Origin: a virus
Lineage: Duplodnaviria > Caudoviricetes
Virus record (IMG/VR): IMGVR_UViG_3300032303_001112
Coordinates: 1-39,041 of that record
DNA length: 39,041 bases
Reading direction: 5' to 3' (one strand)
Within the stretch, counting starts at the first letter, position 1; the number at the start of each line of letters is the position of its first letter. Shown here in pieces: positions 7,622 through 16,564 of this stretch. The notes beneath the pieces were generated by a model. It worked only from the letters and a program-made list of their open reading frames with translations. It had not been told where the DNA came from and searched no databases. The position numbers were made by a program, and so were the translations under genes.

Positions 7622-7843
7622 ATGAAAAAGAAATCAGCAACGATAAATAGAACAGACTGGATTGATAAGTTGATGTCAAACGGATTCATAGAAGTCCATC
7701 CCAAAGGAGGAAGGCCTAAGCCAAGGCATAGGCTTTTCATGAACGCAACAATCGCAGGACACTCAGTAGTGGTAGAACCAGAGCATCCGGCGTTTAGAAG
7801 TTGGACGGATATTCAGAAACACATTGATAGGCAGTTAAAATAA
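7622..7843 (+). CDS. Hypothetical protein
   Basis: AAGAAAG leader before ATG 7622. Confidence 0.65.
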   Translation: MKKKSATINRTDWIDKLMSNGFIEVHPKGGRPKPRHRLFMNATIAGHSVVVEPEHPAFRSWTDIQKHIDRQLK

Positions 7844-7844
7844 A

Positions 7845-7979
7845 ATGACCACACTAACAGATTGGATTATGGCCGGAGCAGGGTTGGCGATAGGAAGGCT
7901 AATCGTAGCTACTGCCGTTATAGTAATAGTCACCGCACTCTTGGCCGTATTCTTTATTATTGAGGAGAGAACCAAATGA
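7845..7979 (+). CDS. 44-aa membrane protein
   Basis: Manual translation with long hydrophobic stretch. Confidence 0.6.
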   Translation: MTTLTDWIMAGAGLAIGRLIVATAVIVIVTALLAVFFIIEERTK

Positions 7980-8125
7980 GCGTCACAGAAATTCTTAAAC
8001 CAATTAGCAAGACCGAACTTGAGAAATGGAAGATTGAGGAAAGCCTCTTTCGCAATTCCACAGCACCAAGTCCGGCAACTATAATTCAATCAATTCAAGA
8101 TCGACTTAAGGAAGAAGCAAAATGA
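7976..8125 (+). CDS. Hypothetical protein, 49 aa
   Basis: GAGGAG RBS, ATGA overlaps. Confidence 0.55.
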   Translation: MSVTEILKPISKTELEKWKIEESLFRNSTAPSPATIIQSIQDRLKEEAK

Positions 8126-8529
8126 ACAACACATTCCAAATCACCACCACCTACCGACTCAAACAACTCGAAGATAAGCTAGCCGACACCACAGAAACCT
8201 TATCCCTTTTAGGACATAGGGTAACTCGACTAACGCTAGCTATCGAGAAAGCGGAGAAGCTAATAGCCAACGCGAAGGACATTCATATTGCCGTTGTCCC
8301 TCCGCCCACCATCGAGATCAGCCCATCCATCCTTAACGCTAGTCACCGGAGAGACTTGCGATCCGTCACGGAGAGATGGGCAGTATGGAAGAAGATGTAT
8401 AACGCAGGCATCCCGCCCTCTGAAATCTCCCGTAAGTTCAACTGCGATCACGGATCAGTCCTCTACGCAAAGCGGAAAGGATTCAAACCAGCTTGGAGTT
8501 GTAAGGAGAAAGAAGCCCTTGTAGCCTAA
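8122..8529 (+). CDS. Coiled-coil plus C-terminal HTH (DnaA-C-terminal-like) protein
   Basis: GIPPSEISRKFNCDHGSVLYA resembles DnaA domain IV (IG..F.RDHTTV). Confidence 0.65.
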   Translation: MNNTFQITTTYRLKQLEDKLADTTETLSLLGHRVTRLTLAIEKAEKLIANAKDIHIAVVPPPTIEISPSILNASHRRDLRSVTERWAVWKKMYNAGIPPSEISRKFNCDHGSVLYAKRKGFKPAWSCKEKEALVA

Positions 8530-8533
8530 TCCT

Positions 8534-9007
8534 ATGAAAAAGATTCTCCTCTATGGCATACTCATCGCGGGGTTAATTGTCGCAGTCTCGAGGCCTACGC
8601 TATCCAACAAAGACCAGACGCAGGCTTGGAAGGATTATCGTGATAGACAAGCCTACGAGAACTCAATCTATAAGGCAGGTGAGGCGGAGAGAAATAAGAA
8701 GAAGGAGTACGCCTCGATCATGCTAGATCCCGAGGAGAAGTGGATGGCAGAGACTCGCTATAAGTATCGGCAGAAGCCAATCCCAAGGGGGCTGACTCCT
8801 ATCGCACAGGAAGAGTTTGATGCTCGATCTGCTAGGGAATACAGGGAGCTAGGGTTTGATGATAGGCCGACGAGATGTGGGCATGAGTCAAGAGAGGTAG
8901 ATCCATATCCCTACCAGAACGACAACTCCGGCTTATACTATCAGCGTACTCTTGTCGGAGATAACGCAGGGGATTGGTCGATTCAGTTTGTGAATGGGCC
9001 GAACTAG
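8534..9007 (+). CDS. Exported or membrane-anchored hypothetical protein
   Basis: MKKILLYGILIAGLIVAVS signal/anchor. Confidence 0.7.
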   Translation: MKKILLYGILIAGLIVAVSRPTLSNKDQTQAWKDYRDRQAYENSIYKAGEAERNKKKEYASIMLDPEEKWMAETRYKYRQKPIPRGLTPIAQEEFDARSAREYRELGFDDRPTRCGHESREVDPYPYQNDNSGLYYQRTLVGDNAGDWSIQFVNGPN

Positions 9008-9138
9008 CGTAACAACTTCCCGATACATTCCACAATCGTGACGATCAGATAGACCAACGCCACGCATAGCCAGAACGCAAGCCATACCGCAACCACCGCT
9101 AACACAAACCCAACGACACACTTAAAGAGGAGAACCAT
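9004..9138 (-). CDS. Small membrane protein
   Basis: AGGAGG RBS, very hydrophobic 44 aa. Confidence 0.55.
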   Translation of the reverse strand: MVLLFKCVVGFVLAVVAVWLAFWLCVALVYLIVTIVECIGKLLR

Positions 9139-9352
9139 TTTTCCTCCTGTATGTCTTGGACTTGCGTAGAGACTTACCCTCACGCCGCTCATTGATATAG
9201 GCTTCCCACTCAACTCTTGCCTCCTCTGCTTCTTCGATTGTCTTGTAAGGCCCAAACCCTATCGCCGGAGGCCTCCCGCCCATGATGAATCTCGGCCCCA
9301 CCGGATACCCTGCGTCCGTAACTAGATCCAGATTTGAGACGGAGAGCTTCAT
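9122..9352 (-). CDS. Hypothetical protein
   Basis: Operon packing; GPYKTIEEAEEAR motif. Confidence 0.6.
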   Translation of the reverse strand: MKLSVSNLDLVTDAGYPVGPRFIMGGRPPAIGFGPYKTIEEAEEARVEWEAYINERREGKSLRKSKTYRRKNGSPL

Positions 9353-9778
9353 TTAGAAAGGCCTGAACTCCGCTATCGGAATCTGAATCAGTTCCTCCTG
9401 ATCGTAAGAGTCTCTTACGTTGCATGACTTCCGGCCTCCCCACCCACTTCCATACTTCTGTCCATGCCATAAGAAGTAACCATCCCCATCACTCCATCTA
9501 ACAACCAAGAAAAGCGGAGCGTGAAATCTCTCGGAGAGTTGAGTTAGATTCTTCCACTTACTTGCCGATATAAAGAAGGTATCGTGCTTATCCTTGGAAC
9601 AGCTTCTTACACGCATCTCAGCCAAGCCCCATTGATTAAGCGGAGTGCGAACATAGTAATCAAAGAGGCAGGCCTTAGGGGAGATGTCTAACTGATACCC
9701 CATCTTCTCACCCCAATCGTCAGCTAGCTTTGCGTTAGCTTCTCTTTGTTCTGCGGTTTCGTAAAGCGGTCTTGGCAT
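9353..9778 (-). CDS. Putative PD-(D/E)XK-fold nuclease-like protein
   Basis: FDY...AEMRVR (atypical ExK position), FISASKW, FLVVRWSDG. Confidence 0.55.
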   Translation of the reverse strand: MPRPLYETAEQREANAKLADDWGEKMGYQLDISPKACLFDYYVRTPLNQWGLAEMRVRSCSKDKHDTFFISASKWKNLTQLSERFHAPLFLVVRWSDGDGYFLWHGQKYGSGWGGRKSCNVRDSYDQEELIQIPIAEFRPF

Positions 9779-9959
9779 AAGTTCCTGTTAGAAAATCTAG
9801 TTTGAATCCTCGGTCTGTTAGTACATCGAATAGAAGGCAGTTAAGCCTAATGTCTGTAATACCGCGCCGGATCGGCACAAGACTAACTTCTCCATTCTTA
9901 GCTAGCTCGATTGCCTTATCTATATTCAATAGGCCTAGTTCTGTATCCATTATCTCCAC
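9735..9959 (-). CDS. Hypothetical protein
   Basis: Fills gap in minus-strand operon. Confidence 0.5.
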   Translation of the reverse strand: MEIMDTELGLLNIDKAIELAKNGEVSLVPIRRGITDIRLNCLLFDVLTDRGFKLDFLTGTYAKTALRNRRTKRS

Positions 9960-9974
9960 TAATCCCGATAGGTA

Positions 9975-10238
9975 TTACCTCTCTAGGAATATGGGAGTCT
10001 TATCTCCGACAAACGCCCCCTCCACATTGTAGCCAAAGTATTCCTCGGCATCTGTTCTTTTCCACTTGTTATCCCTCATGAGAATCTTGAGGCACTTCTC
10101 TCTGTCATACACAGCAGAGGGAGACTTATCGAAAGCCCAGCCAACACCCACTAGGGCATCGTCGAATCCATCTGCCAACATGATCTCATGGTCACACCAA
10201 TAGTCGTTAATGATCTGCTTTATCTTGTTTATTTTCAT
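9975..10238 (-). CDS. Conserved phage hypothetical protein
   Basis: LADGFDDALVG...AVYD...AEEYFGYNVEGAFVGDKTPIF. Confidence 0.75.
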   Translation of the reverse strand: MKINKIKQIINDYWCDHEIMLADGFDDALVGVGWAFDKSPSAVYDREKCLKILMRDNKWKRTDAEEYFGYNVEGAFVGDKTPIFLER

Positions 10239-11554
10239 AGAGCTTTCGGAACGAACTCCTTAAATGTTTGCTTGTCTCCGTCGAACATCATGTCCACATG
10301 ACCTAAGAATCCGTTCCGGTTCTTAGCCACCTTGAGCTTCCGGATATTCTCGTCCTTCTTAGTTAGTAAGAGAGCAACATCCATGTCCTGTTCGAGATCA
10401 CCGGACTCCCGAAGATGATGAAGGCCTGCCTCACCATCCCCCACCGCATCTCGACTCAACTGACATACTGCCATCACCGGAATGCATAGCTCCTTCGCCA
10501 ATGCTTTGAGTCCATGAGAGACAAGGGCTACCTCCCGATACCTCTCCCTCTCTCTTGTGTCAGGAGAGACTTTACCTAACAGATCAACTATCAGCATCTC
10601 CATCCCCATCCTCTTCCTCCATCGCCTAGCCCTAGCCCTTAGATCGGAGAGACGAATCCTCGCCGGATCTTCGATATAGAAAGGCAAGCCTTCGAGCCGA
10701 TCCCTTGCCGACTGAAGTTGGATCTTATCAAAGTCAGTCATGTTCGAGGCATCCCGCATCTTCCACATCGAAGGCCCCCCAAGATGAGCCAAAGCCCTAT
10801 GACCTAGCTCCCTCGCACTCATCTCTAACTCAACCATCACGATCTTGTGACCCTTCGTTCCCCAATCCTTCTTCTCAGCATCCCACTTATTGCCTGAGGC
10901 GAAGAGAGAAAGTTGGAGAGCAAGAGCGGTCTTACCCTCACCAGTTCGAGCCGCGAGCCCGATCAGTTGTCCGGCCTGCCAACCCCCGCAAATTTGATCT
11001 AGCTTGGGGATTCCGGAGGGGATTCCGGCATATAGGCAACCCCGATTGATTGCCGCTCGTACTCCCTCCAAAGCCTTATCAGCACACTCCGCAATCGTTA
11101 TCGCTTGAGAAGGGGCATCCGTCTCCACCTCCCGCATCGCCCCCTCCAATGATGTCGCAATCTCTATCGAAGGCTCGGATCTCTCGAGCTTCATCCTCGC
11201 CTCCTCGATTGCCCTATTGATGGAACGAAGGCGGGATAGTTCCTTTAGCTTTCCGATATGAGAGTCGGCCTGACTAGCAGTTGTGGGCATCGCACTAGAA
11301 ATATCAATGATGAGATTCCTAGTTGTCTCGTTAGTAGAAGTGGCAAGGAGAGAGGCACAGTCAACAGTCCTGCCGGAGTTGATCTCTTCAGCCATATAGG
11401 TGAAGAGGCTTTGAGCTTCCGGCAGGAAGAAGTCCTTTGCCTGAACCTCATCCAGAATCCTTTCCTTCTCCCCAAAGTCATGGGCTAGAGCAGAGAGGAT
11501 AGCCTTTTCGACAGGCCCCCAAGTTGCAGAGGAGAATACAGTTAATGCACTCAT
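10235..11554 (-). CDS. dnaB: Replicative DNA helicase, DnaB family
   Basis: Walker A AARTGEGKT, LEMS, LIVD, CQLSR, LRESGDLEQDMD, AKNRNG. Confidence 0.95.
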   Translation of the reverse strand: MSALTVFSSATWGPVEKAILSALAHDFGEKERILDEVQAKDFFLPEAQSLFTYMAEEINSGRTVDCASLLATSTNETTRNLIIDISSAMPTTASQADSHIGKLKELSRLRSINRAIEEARMKLERSEPSIEIATSLEGAMREVETDAPSQAITIAECADKALEGVRAAINRGCLYAGIPSGIPKLDQICGGWQAGQLIGLAARTGEGKTALALQLSLFASGNKWDAEKKDWGTKGHKIVMVELEMSARELGHRALAHLGGPSMWKMRDASNMTDFDKIQLQSARDRLEGLPFYIEDPARIRLSDLRARARRWRKRMGMEMLIVDLLGKVSPDTRERERYREVALVSHGLKALAKELCIPVMAVCQLSRDAVGDGEAGLHHLRESGDLEQDMDVALLLTKKDENIRKLKVAKNRNGFLGHVDMMFDGDKQTFKEFVPKAL

Positions 11555-11634
11555 GGCCCACCCCATATCGTATCGACAACGACTATTAGTATCATGATGA
11601 ACGCGACAATCTGGATGGCCTCACCCCCGCTCAT
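11551..11634 (-). CDS. 27-aa membrane peptide
   Basis: MSGGEAIQIVAFIMILIVVVDTIWGGP; ATGA overlaps with both neighbours. Confidence 0.55.
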   Translation of the reverse strand: MSGGEAIQIVAFIMILIVVVDTIWGGP

Positions 11635-12674
11635 GCCGAACATAATTGCATCGCCTTTCTGACAACTCTTTCCGGCTCTATCCCAGCCAAGACGTTGCAC
11701 ATTTCACTTCTGTTACACGGACCACCCTGAGGCCACTTCAGCCCACCAATTCCATGATGATTACAAGGAGAGCAATCTCCTCCGGCTTGAATGAAGAAGT
11801 TCCTTGGATTCCCTAGGGTTGCTCTCTTGGTATAATGAAACGATCCGTAGAGTCCTAATGTAGCTACATCCAAAGCGCATCCAAAGTGGATAAACGCTGA
11901 GTCCGGAGCTATGATTAGATCGCAGGATTCGAGCAAAGCCACCGACTCTTCGAGTGTCCATTTCTCCATTGAACCATTGAGAACCAAATCCGAGTGACCA
12001 ATAACACTCGTAGCCTCCGGCTCGTCGAACAACACCACCTCGACTCCTTTCTCTATCAAACCAGCTATAACCTCGGACATATAGGGATAGCTCCTGATCT
12101 TCGATGAGGCCTTCATTTGAATACCGACTCTCAGCTTGGCCCTCTTGGGATAACGAATAAGCATATCCCCGACCAACGCCTTATCGTTCTGATACTTCAG
12201 CCTAAGAGGAAGATCATAGAATCCGGCCTTAGCCCCAAAGACATGAACCGCATGAAGATCGTGATCCTCTTCAACTGAGTTCGTTAGATTCAAAACTGCA
12301 TCCCGCTTTAATAATTCAGAATGCGGTGCTGGATAGGACAAGTGGCTACATAAAGCATGAACCCCCAACTCGCTTCTGTTGGAACAACAAACTTCTAACT
12401 TAACCTCCGGCCACTCAGCCTGTATCGCCTCTATAAGCGGAGTGATTAAAAGAATATCTCCTATGCCCCCCGCCCTCAGAATGGTCAGAGTCTTTCCGTT
12501 ATAGTCGGCATTGCGATCATACGCAGGCAACTCGCATCCCTCGACGGAGGCAAGTCCATCCAGACGCATAAGCAAAGCCCCAGCCGCCCTTGGCTCCACC
12601 ACATAACTAACCCCAGCCTTCAAGGTTGTAGTCTTATCGTAGGGAATATCAATTTCAGGAGTTAAAATTCTCAT
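11631..12674 (-). CDS. Glycosyltransferase, GT9 (ADP-heptose:LPS heptosyltransferase)-like
   Basis: ILRAGGIGDILLITP and CDLIIAPDSAFIHFGCALDVATLGLYG; Cys-rich C-terminus. Confidence 0.85.
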   Translation of the reverse strand: MRILTPEIDIPYDKTTTLKAGVSYVVEPRAAGALLMRLDGLASVEGCELPAYDRNADYNGKTLTILRAGGIGDILLITPLIEAIQAEWPEVKLEVCCSNRSELGVHALCSHLSYPAPHSELLKRDAVLNLTNSVEEDHDLHAVHVFGAKAGFYDLPLRLKYQNDKALVGDMLIRYPKRAKLRVGIQMKASSKIRSYPYMSEVIAGLIEKGVEVVLFDEPEATSVIGHSDLVLNGSMEKWTLEESVALLESCDLIIAPDSAFIHFGCALDVATLGLYGSFHYTKRATLGNPRNFFIQAGGDCSPCNHHGIGGLKWPQGGPCNRSEMCNVLAGIEPERVVRKAMQLCSA

Positions 12675-12871
12675 TCTGTTGGATACCTATTGTTTCCGGA
12701 GTAGTCACAGAACTTTTGGAAGGATTTCTCTGAGCAGTCATCACTATCCTCCTCATCTTCCTGTACGTCTTTGCGTGCGTCCCCGTAGTTACTGAAAAGC
12801 CAAGGATTTTTCTTAGCCATATCTAGCCAATCCTTTTCTCCCTCAGTTAATTCTTCCTCTGGTTCTTTCAT
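12671..12871 (-). CDS. Acidic hypothetical protein
   Basis: ATGA overlaps; D/E rich. Confidence 0.6.
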   Translation of the reverse strand: MKEPEEELTEGEKDWLDMAKKNPWLFSNYGDARKDVQEDEEDSDDCSEKSFQKFCDYSGNNRYPTE

Positions 12872-13185
12872 AGATCGTCTAGCTCCGCAGGAAGTTCGCC
12901 CTTTGCCACTCGCGCTCTGATCGTCATCGCGGCCATAAGATTCCAACAAGCAGCCGCAAGATGATTCTCATCCGGTTTGTTAGCCATATAGGAGAAGGCA
13001 TGACGTAAAGCTGAATCCATGATCCGGCTTATGGGTTGACCCAACTCCCAATTCCGATCCCCGTACTTTTTCGCACCCTCCTCGAAGTGAACAGCAATCT
13101 CATGAATTGCTTCCGGAGGGATGAGATCATATCTGCCTTTCCCTTGCCGATTATCCCGTACTGATCCTGTTTTGAACTTTTCCAT
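12868..13185 (-). CDS. dATP/dGTP diphosphohydrolase domain protein (DUF5664)
   Basis: KGRYDLIP...GAKKYGDRNW...SALRH...HLAAACWN. Confidence 0.9.
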   Translation of the reverse strand: MEKFKTGSVRDNRQGKGRYDLIPPEAIHEIAVHFEEGAKKYGDRNWELGQPISRIMDSALRHAFSYMANKPDENHLAAACWNLMAAMTIRARVAKGELPAELDDL

Positions 13186-13187
13186 AG

Positions 13188-13403
13188 CTACTCCTTCTTT
13201 GCCTTCGATTGTTCCTCTTTATGTTTTTTGTGGGACTTAATCAGATCGGCTAAAATCCTTTCAGCCGATCCAACCTGAGTGCGAATCTCTTTAACAAGGT
13301 GATTGATTGGATGATCTGACTTTTCTGAAAGTTTTTTCAGGTTGACCGAAACCCCAATCATGATGTCCCACATCCAGTCGAGCTTTCTCTCGATATGCTT
13401 CAT
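13188..13403 (-). CDS. Hypothetical protein
   Basis: Operon packing. Confidence 0.6.
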   Translation of the reverse strand: MKHIERKLDWMWDIMIGVSVNLKKLSEKSDHPINHLVKEIRTQVGSAERILADLIKSHKKHKEEQSKAKKE

Positions 13404-13651
13404 TTATCTAACTCGACCTTCTCAAGACTCTTGGCCTTCGCCCACATAAGTAGTTGTCGGCTGATACTTGACTTCATTAGTGGGCTGAAGTTGACGTTCT
13501 TTATTGTGGTTTCTTTCTTAGTTTTCTTTTTGTTCATTAGTTCGCTTATCCCCCTTGTTAAGATTTCCCCTATGGAAAGCCGATGTATCGACCCTCGACA
13601 GAAGTACGATGGTTCATGCCCGTCATGAATTGTGATTCCTTTGAATATCAT
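13400..13651 (-). CDS. Hypothetical protein
   Basis: ATGA overlaps. Confidence 0.55.
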   Translation of the reverse strand: MIFKGITIHDGHEPSYFCRGSIHRLSIGEILTRGISELMNKKKTKKETTIKNVNFSPLMKSSISRQLLMWAKAKSLEKVELDK

Positions 13652-13860
13652 TTCTTGTTTTTCCTTTTGGTTCGGCTTTGCCAGAAGAAGTCGTTGTAAC
13701 TTTTGGAGACAAGCCCCCTCTTGGCTAAGAAGGCCTCGAGCTTCTTCTTGTCCTCGCGAGCCATGTCTCTTGTGTACTTGGAGTCATCAGGGAACCCACT
13801 CATGCCAATTTCAGGAGCCTCCCCCTCGAATCCATCCGGCCAATCTTGTGATGTATTCAT
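13648..13860 (-). CDS. Hypothetical protein
   Basis: Operon packing. Confidence 0.55.
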   Translation of the reverse strand: MNTSQDWPDGFEGEAPEIGMSGFPDDSKYTRDMAREDKKKLEAFLAKRGLVSKSYNDFFWQSRTKRKNKK

Positions 13861-14140
13861 CGTTGATTAGAGGCCCTGCAAGTCGGATGACCTTGATTCC
13901 CATGAGACAAGCCTCGTTATACTTTTCGCAGTCCTTCCAGTAGCCGACACCCGAGGTATGCCTCGCCTTTCCTCCAAGCCAAATGCCCCCTTCAATTTCA
14001 ATATGAATTGGGCCAAGTCGGGGAGAGTCGTATCGGAAGTCAGCCTTCCACTTTCGTTTAGGATGGAATCGATACTCTTCTTGCAACTGCGGCCCCGAGT
14101 TTGCTTTCCACAAAAGAAGAAACTTTTCTCGGGGCCGCAT
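13811..14140 (-). CDS. Vsr/DUF559-like endonuclease
   Basis: EYRFHPKRKWKADF...IEIEGG...RH...DCEKYN. Confidence 0.8.
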   Translation of the reverse strand: MRPREKFLLLWKANSGPQLQEEYRFHPKRKWKADFRYDSPRLGPIHIEIEGGIWLGGKARHTSGVGYWKDCEKYNEACLMGIKVIRLAGPLINDEYITRLAGWIRGGGS

Positions 14141-14160
14141 TGCTTCACCTCTATCTCCGC

Positions 14161-14388
14161 TTAAAAATCAAAGTCTGCTTCAGGCTCGTTGGCCTTGGCA
14201 GGAGCTTTGGGTTTCTGGTCAACCGAAAGGGAGATGAACGTCCCCTTCTGACCCTGCTTCTTCCATCCAGCGATCCGGATCTGGTTCCCACCGATCAGGA
14301 TGTTCCCCTTGAAATCAGGGGCCTTCTCATTCTTCTTATCTCTTTCAGGGAACAGAACACCTGATCCCTCTCTAGGTTCGTATGCCAT
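14161..14388 (-). CDS. Small DUF736-like (putative ssDNA-binding) protein
   Basis: SGVLF...KAPDFKG...IAGWKK...FISLSV with acidic DFDF tail. Confidence 0.7.
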   Translation of the reverse strand: MAYEPREGSGVLFPERDKKNEKAPDFKGNILIGGNQIRIAGWKKQGQKGTFISLSVDQKPKAPAKANEPEADFDF

Positions 14389-14432
14389 TATTATTTAACT
14401 ACTTCAGGTTGCAAAGGCTTGTTACACTTTTG

Positions 14433-15200
14433 CTACGCTGAAATATCCTTTATGCGTTTCGCCAACCGAAGAAGTGCAACATACACTTCCCATTGCCTTT
14501 TCCATGAGGTCAGATGGCGGGTTTGATGGACTCCTTTTGTTTTGTCGATACGCACTAGGAGTAGGTTGCGTATCGGAAGCCTGCGGTAGTTCTCCTCAAA
14601 CAAGGTTGCATAAGCCGCAACCTGATAATCGTAAGAGTCGTATAGGCCTCCACTTGTTTTGAAGTCCACAAGAGTCAGATCTTCATGCTCGTCTAAGCCG
14701 ATGAGGTCAATCGTTCCTCCAAAGCGATAGCACTCAGATACCAACTGCATCTCTACCGCTACCGGACGGAGGCCTGCCCCCTCGAACCACTTGCGGTAAG
14801 CCCCGAATGCCACTTGAGCAGACTTAACCTCATCCCCGTCACAATCGGAAAGATCAGGCTCCCAGCCAAGGAGATCGCATTGACAGAGGAAGTGGGCAAT
14901 AGTCCCTATTCTTCCTGCCGTTTTTAGTTCCTTGTCCGGACTCTTGCCCTCCCTGCCCAACTTAGCCCCCCAATGCACTAGGGCAGGCTTTGGGATGTAC
15001 TGCAAAGCCCTCGTAGTCCCGTCCACCTCGGTCCCATCCTTCAGAAAATACTTCTGATGGGGCTCGTTAAGATCCAGCTTAACCGCCTTATGCTCCTTTT
15101 GGGGTAAAGTGATTCCGTACTCAGCAAACCTCTTTTGAAGGTGTGCCGATACCTCGCCAATCTTCTTCTTCTTTATCCCTTTTGGGCTATTTTTAGTCAT
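14433..15200 (-). CDS. PD-(D/E)XK exonuclease (recombination)
   Basis: GTIAH, FGGTIDLI, VDFKTS, QVAAY motifs. Confidence 0.85.
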   Translation of the reverse strand: MTKNSPKGIKKKKIGEVSAHLQKRFAEYGITLPQKEHKAVKLDLNEPHQKYFLKDGTEVDGTTRALQYIPKPALVHWGAKLGREGKSPDKELKTAGRIGTIAHFLCQCDLLGWEPDLSDCDGDEVKSAQVAFGAYRKWFEGAGLRPVAVEMQLVSECYRFGGTIDLIGLDEHEDLTLVDFKTSGGLYDSYDYQVAAYATLFEENYRRLPIRNLLLVRIDKTKGVHQTRHLTSWKRQWEVYVALLRLAKRIKDISA

Positions 15201-15201
15201 C

Positions 15202-15882
15202 TTACACGCTCGCAATTCGCTTCTTCTTCCACACACTTACTGCCTTAGCGAGCTTGTCCACCTTGGATGCCAACTCCTTAATCAGCTTTTCCGGAAGCCT
15301 TACCCAATCTCCCTGAACATCCGTAGAATCAAACTGCCTTCCCTGATCCGCCAAGAACTCCACAAGATCGGAGGAAGTAATGTCTTTGTTGGCTATTAGA
15401 AAAGCCTCAACCTTTTGAATGGAGTCGGCAGAGGTAAGATTCTCAGCAGGAATCTCCATCTTAATGATCTTACTATCCTGTTTAGGCTCCTCCTTCTCCC
15501 CGCCAACTACTATTAACTCCTCATTCTTGATCGCCCCGCACTTCACCATCTCGTCGTAGGAAGCCCCGCCACCTAATCCCATCGCGGCTAATGCCCTGCC
15601 AATCGCTGAAGTCTCCGCATTCTCAAGAGCGGCATTCGAGTTTATATTTCCCTCCCATTTAGCCTGAGAGTGACCAACGAAGTAGCGTTCCGGCTTCTCC
15701 GTATCGGGAGTAACCCTCGCCTTCATGATGACACGATCAGTTGGATCACCAATAATCTCAGTGACGATAGAGCATCGTGGGTAAGATTGAATTAGTACCG
15801 CAATCCGGCCTTCTACCAGATTATAGGTTTTCCCGCCTCGAATGTTAACCGACTTCAGGTTCATAGTTTGATTCATTTTCAT
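15202..15882 (-). CDS. Putative single-strand annealing protein (Rad52/Sak-like)
   Basis: ALENAETSAIGRALAAMG motif, paired with exonuclease. Confidence 0.7.
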   Translation of the reverse strand: MKMNQTMNLKSVNIRGGKTYNLVEGRIAVLIQSYPRCSIVTEIIGDPTDRVIMKARVTPDTEKPERYFVGHSQAKWEGNINSNAALENAETSAIGRALAAMGLGGGASYDEMVKCGAIKNEELIVVGGEKEEPKQDSKIIKMEIPAENLTSADSIQKVEAFLIANKDITSSDLVEFLADQGRQFDSTDVQGDWVRLPEKLIKELASKVDKLAKAVSVWKKKRIASV

Positions 15883-16171
15883 TTGTGCTTTCTTGGTTTG
15901 GGTTTTGTTTTGGTTTGACCGACAAATCTATCACCCGACCTAGGACATCCAGAGTCACCCTCTTTTTTCTTTCCGGACGCTTCCCGTTAACGAGGCAGGC
16001 CTCAACCCAACTTCTATGGGTTAAGCGATTATTCCCTTTGCAACGCCGGACATTATTTCGCCACAACCAGACCTTCGCGGAAGATGGTTTAATGCCTAAG
16101 AAAAGAGCGACATCGCGAACATTCCACCATTCCTTTTTGAAATCCGCGCTCTTTTGTACTACACTCTCCAT
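15845..16171 (-). CDS. Excisionase/Cox-like HTH protein
   Basis: WWNVRDVALFLGIKPSSAKVW; divergent from regulator-integrase. Confidence 0.7.
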   Translation of the reverse strand: MESVVQKSADFKKEWWNVRDVALFLGIKPSSAKVWLWRNNVRRCKGNNRLTHRSWVEACLVNGKRPERKKRVTLDVLGRVIDLSVKPKQNPNQESTNENESNYEPEVG

Positions 16172-16285
16172 ACGGACTGACTAGAGATTGTGGAGGCAAA
16201 CCACAAGCAGTATGTAACTAGCCTTTGGAAGTATTACTTTGCCTTTGTATGCCTATAAGATATTCTTATTATCTTACTCTGGGTA

Positions 16286-16324
16286 TTGCACACTCACCTA
16301 CGCACCATGTAATCTTCTTACATG
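16286..16324 (+). promoter_or_regulatory. Promoter TTGCAC-N18-TAATCT with overlapping palindrome CATGTAA-N5-TTACATG
   Basis: -10 ends 6 nt before ATG 16322 (leaderless-like); inverted repeat 16306-16324. Confidence 0.55.
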
Positions 16325-16564
16325 ACACAACCCATAAAACATCGGGCTCCCTCAAAGAGAGAGGGGGGCCTTTCAGACACCATCGGATTTAGAGCCCCGA
16401 AAGAAACTCGAGAAAAGCTCGATAGGATTTCTAAGCTACTAAATTATTCTTGTAATCTCGTAGTTATTGAGGCTGTCAATGCAGTCCATGACATGATCTT
16501 TACAGGACCGACACACACTCCGGCAATCGTCCTGCGAGGACGAGCATTAAAAGACATCGTATAA
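16322..16564 (+). CDS. Ribbon-helix-helix regulator, putative repressor
   Basis: TIGFRAPKETREKLDRIS...SCNLVVIEAV fits the Arc/CopG pattern. Confidence 0.7.
   Translation: MTQPIKHRAPSKREGGLSDTIGFRAPKETREKLDRISKLLNYSCNLVVIEAVNAVHDMIFTGPTHTPAIVLRGRALKDIV

Noticed and set aside
12868-13185. Z-genome (2-aminoadenine) or 7-deazaguanine pathway
   Set aside because: DUF5664 alone; no PurZ, DpdA/QueCDE or phage polymerase visible
14433-15200. Cas4 / CRISPR adaptation gene
   Set aside because: Lacks the four-Cys Fe-S pattern; paired with an annealase, so a recombination exonuclease
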